NCBI RefSeq assembly: GCF_006345805.1
Contig: NC_042998.1
Span: 44,764,001 to 44,828,000 of the forward strand
DNA length: 64,000 nt
Direction: 5' to 3'
Source of the DNA: Octopus sinensis
Taxonomy: Eukaryota
Shown here: positions 55,545 through 64,000 of the stretch, piece after piece
Numbering within the stretch: the stretch's first letter is position 1
Layout of the letters: the number at the start of each line of letters is the position of its first letter
Position numbers and translations under genes: made by a program
The notes under the pieces: model-generated
Told to the model about the DNA's origin: nothing
What the model saw: the letters and a program-made list of their open reading frames with translations, nothing else
The model's database searches: none

Positions 55545-55797
55545 TCTGTTTTTATTTTTGGATTTGTTTTGCAAGATTCTTTATATGAATCGTGTGTTGA
55601 ATCATATTCTGTTGTGTCTGGGGAGGGTCAATTTCTTTTTGTGCCTTATAATGTAACACACTCACCGGTAAAATTTCCACTTATTTCTTATTATTTTCCT
55701 AAAATTTTCGTTGCGTCTTGCAACTTTTTCAATAGTCTTGGTGAGTGTGTTACATTATAAGGGGCACAAAAAGAAAATGACTCTCCTCAGACACAAC
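55545..55797 (-). mobile_element. Second copy of the fold-back HHR repeat (motif 55699-55735)
   Basis: Homologous to 47260-47530 in the opposite orientation; arms 55611-55666 / 55740-55797; reverse complement CTA-TTGAAAA-A-GTTGC(AAGAC)GCAAC-GAA-AATT-T-TAG. Confidence 0.75.
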
Positions 55798-56053
55798 ATT
55801 TATGTTTTGTTGACTCTACAATGACTGTAGAGAGCTTTTGAGGAAATTTCAAAAAGTGATATTTATAAAAAAAAATTATCAGATTTGAACTCACTTTTTC
55901 AGTATGTGTATTTGTGTAAATACCGTATATTTATGTATGCATGTATGTATACATACAGAGACACAGACAAACAGACAGACTCGTCCGCACACGCGCACAC
56001 GGCTAGCGAACCCTATCATGTACTTTTGTCCTTTCTCATGTATGTATGTATGT

Positions 56054-56170
<117 letters not shown>

Positions 56171-57275
56171 TGATCATAATACATGGATATGCATAATACA
56201 TAGCTACACACTCAATCATACATATATCTGAAGGAACTTTTCTCTCTTTATTAATATTTAAGTTTGCATATGAGTGAGATAGAGATGATCGTACATGTGT
56301 TGTTCCAGTGTATATTCAAACGTGAGTGTTAAGTTTAAACGGAATCCAATAACACATATTTTTTAACACAATACATCAAAAATTTAGTAAGTTTTTAATG
56401 AAAACCACCAACAATGATAACGGAATGAATATGGGCTTTTGTTTTTATTGTAATTAAAATCTCGCATATCAAGACAAAAATCTTAATTAAAGGAAAGAAG
56501 GTATTATGAATACTTTTAACATAACAGATAAAGGTTATAAATTATGTAGGTACGCCCGCACACACGTGTGTATGTGTATATGTTTGTGTGTGTATGATCA
56601 CATGTGTTTAGATGTACATGTGTGCTTTGTATTTCATCTCAGTGTGGGAAGACCGAAAAAAAGTAGAAAATGGATATGAATGGAACTAAATGCACCTGCC
56701 AATGAAGAATTTTGCCACATTTAGATATTTTTAAAGCCCCCTTGTAAAATGTTCATTATCAAGGATATTTTTTGTTTACAGCTCATTTTTCTTGAATAAT
56801 TTACAATCTCTCAAAGAATCCAGAATATATGACTGTATATATAATGCTTTGGAGCCTTCTTGCTTATATTTTTCATTAATTATTTTGACTAGAGCAATGT
56901 CCTAGCAGGAAGATAACGAAGTAAACAAAAACTATCATTAAAAAAAACTCTTAATTTACCTGATAGCCTTACGGGTTTATATTTTCCCAGATACGGTTCT
57001 TATTATCTGAAAATTGCTAATTATTGGTTTTCTGTATCTTTTACCTATGTCATTGGTCTGCGGCCATGCTGGGTTAACCCCTTGAAAGATTCAAGTCAAG
57101 ATGAAATGACCCAGTAATTATTTCTTTTCCTTTAATTTTTTATTCTGGTACTGAAACTATCGCTCTCTTTTGCCGAACTGCTCTTTACATAGATGAAAAC
57201 AAACGAACACTTGTCGTCAAGCGATGGGGAGAAGACAAACACAAATAAAGACATATACCTATAGATATATAACTA

Positions 57276-57307
<32 letters not shown>

Positions 57308-58357
57308 CGACGAGCTTCTTTCAGTTCCCGTCCACCAAATCCACTCACAACGCATTTTGGTCGGCCTAGGGATACAATAAAAGACACTTGCCCAAGAAGC
57401 CGTCGAGTGGGACTGAACCCAAGACCACATAGCTGGAAACCAGGTTGCCTAACAGCACAACCACGGCTGCGCTGTGTACCTTTCTGAAAATAAAATCAAA
57501 TTTAAGTTAAACATGCTTTAATCAAAGTAGTTTGCTTCATATATTGCCATTCAGATAATAATTGAGATAAAGCTGAAAATGTAATTAAGGAGCTAGAATT
57601 ATATGTGCAGGTGTGGTTTGTGTGGTAAGAAGTTTGCTTCCCAAGCACATGGTTCCGGGTTCAGTCCCACTGCGTGCCCCCTAAAGCTGAAACAACTCAT
57701 TGCGCATATGTGTGTGTGTGTCTTTGTTTTTGTCATCCTCGCCGTTTGACAACCGGTGTTGGTTTATTTACGTTTCCGTTCGCTAGCGGTTCGGCATTAA
57801 GAGAACAATAGAATAAGTCACAGGCTTGAAGAAATAAGTACTTGAGTCGATTCATTCGACTAAAACCCTCAAGGTAGTGCCCCAGCATGGCTGCAGCCCA
57901 ATAGCTAAAACTAGTAAAAGATAAAAAATACGAACTAGTTATAGATTTCATATGTTAAGCTGTGACTTGAAATTTTCCTGGAAATATTCAGGTAAATAGG
58001 AAGTATTGGCTTCCACAACAGAATGCATGTCCATTACATGAGGCCAGCAGAGCATGTATCTAATTTATGAGCTCAGATATCATCATCAGAACCGTTGTAT
58101 TAATTTTCTGAATCTTTGGAAACGCATCGAATGTATTTTACATGTAATTCAAACGTCCAGCCTTGTCCCACTTTGTCACGTTACTTCTACATATTGCGGA
58201 ATACTCAACCACCTACTCGCTAATTCAATGAGACTGTTAATTCAGTTGACTGAACAACTAAGAGCTCATCGTCTAAACCGACCGAGATGTATTTACTAAT
58301 GTATGTATGAATTTATGTATGCATGTTTGTACATATGAAGGCGTGTATGTATATTTG

Positions 58358-58391
<34 letters not shown>

Positions 58392-58769
58392 TGTATGTAT
58401 GTATGTATGCGCTTGAAATCATGGTGCCCGCACATTCTTGAGCATGCGACCCATATTGGCACCAAATATCTTGCCCTGCCTAGTATCTGGATCACCCTTA
58501 CAGGGTGAAGTGGGGGTGTAAATGTTGTGCAAACCTTATTGAACCTAAAATTTTAGGTTGTGCAATCGCCGGCGAAGCGAATTTTCGATGCCCGGTCATG
58601 TAGAAGGGTGCCACAGCGAGCATAGAAGCCACGAGCGCGAACCCAGGTGAGGCCAAACGCTAGTGCAGTAACCTCATGCACGGGTATTGCTAATATTACG
58701 CATGGGCAATGGTCAGTGAAGGTCTTCTTCGATCACGAGGAAGTTGTCATGTATGTATGTCTATATGTA

Positions 58770-59624
58770 TGTATGTTCTCCTTAGCTTTTTACTTATTTA
58801 AATTATTCCTCTAAGGAAAGAGTTGGTTTCTCACAAAGATATAAAGCTTTGCCGTTGGAATGCAGATAACAATACAACGTCACATTTTAAAACTGAAAAA
58901 AGTTTTGCATATCTTTACTGTTCAACTTACAGATTATATTTGCAATATACGAACTGGTTTATTTCTTTTTCTTATTCAGATTATTATTATTTTATTTACG
59001 TACAAAACGATGTGCACCAATTATTATAAGTATAAATGTGAATTTATAATCTGGATATAGAAGCTGAAGGTTTCCAAGTAGTTGTCCATAGTTAACCTCT
59101 TTCGCTTTGATCTTCAAAGAGATATTCACATCAGCAGGGTCGCTGACCTCTATGACGGTATATATTTTTTCTTGGAAGTGCCAAACAAAAATATCCGGCC
59201 TGTTATGTTTACACTTGACAGCTGTTTTAATGGGAATGTTCCACCAGTATTCCTTATTTAGGTATATATTTCATAACAAGGTGATTCTCAATATTTATCC
59301 AAGACAGACTTTTTCTGAATGGTATCGTATATTGATTTTGCGAAAACGAGGTAGTGCCTTGAAGACATTTTTAGGCAGCTGCTAATGATGATTTCCAAAG
59401 AAATATGACATAACCTACATGGGCTCAACTTTTTCTTTTGTTTATTAGGCATTTAACAGCAATCCCCTATTCTTGAATTGCAAATCCATAGCCTTCGAAG
59501 TGTCCTGTGATGTAGCAGTCACGAGTCCAAGAGAGGCTTCCCTTCATGTCAATATAACTGCCTTCTTCAAGTCTTCGAGAAACATGCCCACGCAGATCTT
59601 CTTTGAAGTCTTTTAGTCTGGCCG
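58770..59624 (-). pseudogene. 5'-truncated RLE-type (R4/Dong/NeSL-like) non-LTR retrotransposon: zinc knuckle, restriction-like endonuclease and 3' UTR
   Basis: ...GHFEGYGFAIQE...CRLCHISLEIIISSCLKMSSRHYL...EYWWNIPIKTAVKCKHNRPDIFVW...VIEVSDPADVNISLKIKAKEVNYGQLLGNLQLLYPDYKFTFILIIIGA...TVKICKTFFSFKM*. Confidence 0.85.
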
Positions 59625-59916
59625 TATGTATGTATGTATGTATGAAAATACGGAGCCCATGTAAAATCAGGCCTGTGAGGCCGTTTTTCGACACATGGGG
59701 ATAAAGATAGAACCGACAGGTTTCACATTCTTCATACCTCATCAGGGATTGCTTATCTCTTCCTTTCACGAAGCTGAGATAACGTAGCGGAATGTTATTA
59801 AAACGTAAACAAAATTCTGTCGAACACAAGTCACAACACATTAGCACATACACATATGACTTTCATAAATGTGAATGAGTGTGTCTGCATTTGTGTGTGT
59901 GTGTGATTGTGTGTGC

Positions 59917-59995
<79 letters not shown>

Positions 59996-60382
59996 GTGCG
60001 TGCGTGTGTGCGTGCGTGTGTGTGAGTGTGTTGCAGCTGTCGATGTCGTTTAGCCCCAGGCATTCCAATCATGCTTGACCATCCCACGTTTTTATTTTTA
60101 GTTTCGGTAGAGAGTATTATATACTGTATTTTTAAAAGGTTGCAAAGTGCGTTATGAGGGATATTTAGCTAGTATTTCTAGTTGGTCGAGCGACTATATG
60201 CAGGTTTGCTCATTAGCTCCACGTACGAATGTATCTACATGTATGTGTGCGCATGAGCGCGTGTGTGCATGTGATATTTAGCAATAGTATGATAAATATA
60301 ATCAGATGGTTGGTCTCTTGTGATAAAATGTTATATATGTGTATATGTGAGTGAGTGAGTGAGTAAGTGAGTAAGTGTGTGT

Positions 60383-60455
<73 letters not shown>

Positions 60456-60799
60456 TGTGTGTTTGTGCAAGAGGGTAGTACATATGCACACAATCAGACA
60501 TAGACATACATATCGTCCTAAAGTAAATATGGAAAATGCCTATGTTGTGTCAACAAAAGCAATATTGATGTAACATTCCCATCAGTATTTCTGCCAAATG
60601 CCAGCATAACTGGCCTATTATAGTTGTTTAAGACAAAAAAAGAAATATTGTGTACAGTTATAGAAGTCAGTTGCCTTGCAGATGTGCACACTTCTTATCA
60701 AAACTAGCGAAAAACAGAAAATCTACTAACAACTACTCCGAAAACTACAGCTTATAAATTCATCTTTGTAACTCTAATTACTGGTGCATTCATCTTTGC

Positions 60800-61720
60800 T
60801 AGTAAATGCCTTAGTGATAATCTTGGAGATCTACGATTTTCAGGCTAGAAATTAACCAACCTACAGTCTCATAACAGATATAGTATATAAGAGGAGCAGT
60901 AGACTTATGTCTGACTTTGCTAAAGTTCAACGTGTTAACTCTTCACCGTTGATGTTACCTAAATTCCAGCGATTGAGCTTTCTTTCGCTGTTAGAAACCA
61001 AATACTTGTTGAAACAAATTCAAGTAATTAGGAAAAGGGAAGGTAACACACATGTAGACACATACATCTGAAGCAACTGTTACATTCACTAACAGAACAA
61101 GGTTATCCAAAAGATTATTACAGAGTGGCAGCCTGTTTGTACTACTGGTCCTCTTGGTACTGAATCCCTTATCATTTCTCTTGAGGAAATAATAAAAACT
61201 ACTTGTTCAGGTTCGTAAAGGAGTTAGTAATCAACTTTGAAACCACGGCTTTTATCGATGACCTTAACCGGTATTTAGGTAATGTTTGGGGTCAGATAGT
61301 TGATAACAAAAAAAAATAGATATCAATGGTCTGTCTATCTCCCCTATCCCCTATTTCCACTGAGAAATGCTACAAGTGCCTCGGAATTGATGAACAAAGT
61401 TAGAGGAGAAAAGACAAAATTCGGCAGACTTCGGAATATATGGAAATCAGATCTATCCTCATTCAATAAGACCATATCCATGTTGCTTTTGTAGCACCAA
61501 CATCTGGGATACATGTCTTGACATTTCAAGAGATCCGCTACTTAGATATCATAACAAAGCAGATACTGCTAATATCCACATCATCAACGATAACAGAGAT
61601 ACAGACAGGATCTGTGTCAATCAAGTGGGGGAATATATGTAGAGGCATATGATCAATCCAAACAGTCTCCGAGTGTCACAGTGTCTCACACGGCCAATAT
61701 CTACTAAACTATAAAAGGAG
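60800..61720 (+). pseudogene. Highly decayed RTE-like LINE remnant
   Basis: Short matches only: SLITDIVY, RLMSDFAK, KTKFGRLRNIWKS. Confidence 0.3.
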
Positions 61721-64000
61721 AAATGAGTACACCACATGTGAACTCAACGGTGAAAATAATAACACCTTGAAAGTAGGTATAAAACAAACTCCTGAATAGA
61801 CATTCTGAGTGTGTGGTTGTTTCATTTTGACCTTAGGATAGCTGGACTGACTTGACTTGGACAGAAACGTAGGGACGAAATATTCATCGGCAGCATTTTT
61901 GCATTGTAACATGTCCTGCATGCCAGAAGAGACTAAGAACATTGAAAAGAAGTGTAACCATTCTTAGATTCGTGGAGGATGTATCATATTCTATCTAGCC
62001 TTCGTCATTGAGCATCACAAGATAGCTACAAAAAGGCTTGATCAATAAAAGGGGTAATAATTCCTCCAAATCGCCGAATTGTGTAAGAAAATGTTGATTG
62101 CACTATACCAGTTATCATCCACAACATCAACATCTGTTTTAATTGTCCGTAAAATACCACTTTCCCATGAAGTATGCCATTGTTGCCAAAACTATTTAGA
62201 ATGCTATCAGCAGAAAGGATTTTATTGATAATCATGTAAAAAGTATACCAGAGCTAGAATGTATTAATTAAATGAAAGGCTGGAGGAGAATTCCAATAAA
62301 ATTTACAATCCGGCGCAATCTCAACAGACGTGGTATTGCTCTATGAGACACGAAGCGAAAGATATTTACTGTTGAAAAGATCAGTTGCCCAATGGCTGTA
62401 AACGTCTCATCTAAGGTTGTTGAACATACAAGGTATAATGATTTCATGTATCTTAATTTCATATGCACGAATCATCTCTATTGCAGGAGGCTATGAAAAA
62501 ACAAATTTACATAAGGGTCTAAAAACTGATATTTCCAATACAAACTAGACCCGCCAGTTTCCAAATCCAACCCGTTAGTGTCTCAGTGAGTATCTGTAAA
62601 ACATTCTAATCATCCTTCATTGGTGTTTCCTGGATCGAGTTTCTTACACAATTACATATGTGCATATAACACACAAACATGCATAAAGAGCACTCGCATA
62701 CATTCGTGTACTAAAAACACATGTAAAGCATTGCACGAATGCTAGTACACTTCCATATGCACACTCACATGTATGCACACATTAACTCGCACTCGAAAAT
62801 ATCTAGTAACGTCTTCACTTTTACAAAGAAGCATTGTCATTTTGTTAGTGACCGGCTTAAATTTTGCGAAGAAGAATTGAAGTAATTCTCAAGGAAAACC
62901 TTCAAGATCTAGCTCAAATTCTGCAAATACAATATGAAAGAAGAGTAACAGAAAATATGCAAGATGTTTCAGAAATTCAAGATGTAACTCTATGCTTTTT
63001 TCTTATCTAAATTCCAATAATGGAGATTTGTTTCCAAGAATTTTAAAATATTTAAATATACATGCGTACATAGATACATAATATGCACGTGTATATACAC
63101 CCATATACACACGCACACACACACAAACGTACTTTATGTACATATGCATACATGTATACATATATGAATATATGCAGACTATCATACACAGTTACGTACA
63201 CACATACATGTAGAAATCCATATATGCATTAACAAGGTATTAACGAAACTGGAAAAATCGCAAAACATTCCAGCAGTTAGCTCAATAGTATGGTCACCCA
63301 TACTCGTCTATATTGTGTAATCATACGAATGTTTACGCAAAACTAAATTCAAACATACAGATTTACACATTCAATAGCATCCATACATACAAATGTACAT
63401 AGCCACATCTACATACACATACACATGCATACACAAATATATACATACATGTATACATGCATAGATGCATTATATTACATTACATGTAAAGGCAGCGAGA
63501 GGACAGAAACGTTAGCACGCCGGACAAAATGCTTCGCGGCATATATCCTGTCCTTACGTTCTGAGTTCAAGTTCTGTCGAGGTTGACTTTCTATTTCTTT
63601 TTTTTGGGGGGGGGGATGAAATATGTACAAGTCACGCATTGGGGTCGATGTAATTGACTAGTCCCCTATCCTAAAATTTCAGGGCTTGAACCTATAATAG
63701 AAAGGATTGTATTGTTTTCTATTCTAGGCACAAGGCCCGAAATTTCTGGGGAAGTGGCCAGGCGATTAGATCGACCCCAGTACGCAAGTGGTACTAAATT
63801 TATCAACCCGGAAAGGATGAAAGGCAAACTCGACTTCAGCGGAATTTGAACTCAAAGCATAAAGACAGACGAAATACCTATTTCTTTACTACCCACAAGA
63901 GGCTAAACACAGCGGGGACAAACAAGGACAGAGAAACGGATTGAGTCGATTACATCGACCCCAGTGCGTAACTGGTACTTATCTAATCGACCCCGAAAGG

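Noticed and set aside
61900-62480. Two short minus-strand ORFs in unique-looking DNA
   Set aside because: Could be decayed RT or chance ORFs; no diagnostic motif could be confirmed.

Overview
Eukaryotic, AT-rich, repeat-saturated window with one 100-N assembly gap (49562-49661). The SINE and microsatellite make-up suggests an octopus genome (inference, no search run). Most ORFs in the supplied track are translations of (TA)n, (TG)n, (TATG)n, (ATAG)n or (AAT)n and are not genes. Supported content: a decayed Penelope-like element (RT C-terminus plus GIY-YIG), an L1/Tx1-like LINE (ORF1 zinc knuckle plus APE, RT missing), a near-full-length frameshifted mariner with TIRs, CR1-, RTE- and RLE-type LINE fragments, a non-autonomous Helitron, hAT-like and Tigger-like MITEs, four tRNA-derived SINE families, and one reasonable host-exon candidate (28633-28787, minus). 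Main hidden signal: four unrelated short repeat families carry minimal type I hammerhead-ribozyme (HHR) folds with pairable stems and a palindromic helix III. They occur as a tRNA-headed SINE, a tandem dimer, fold-back copies and U3:A8 core variants, consistent with Penelope-derived or retrozyme-like non-autonomous elements. Also notable: an RLE retrotransposon whose junctions fall in (CATA)n arrays, and a SINE whose 3' tail matches a putative LINE 3' end in the window.
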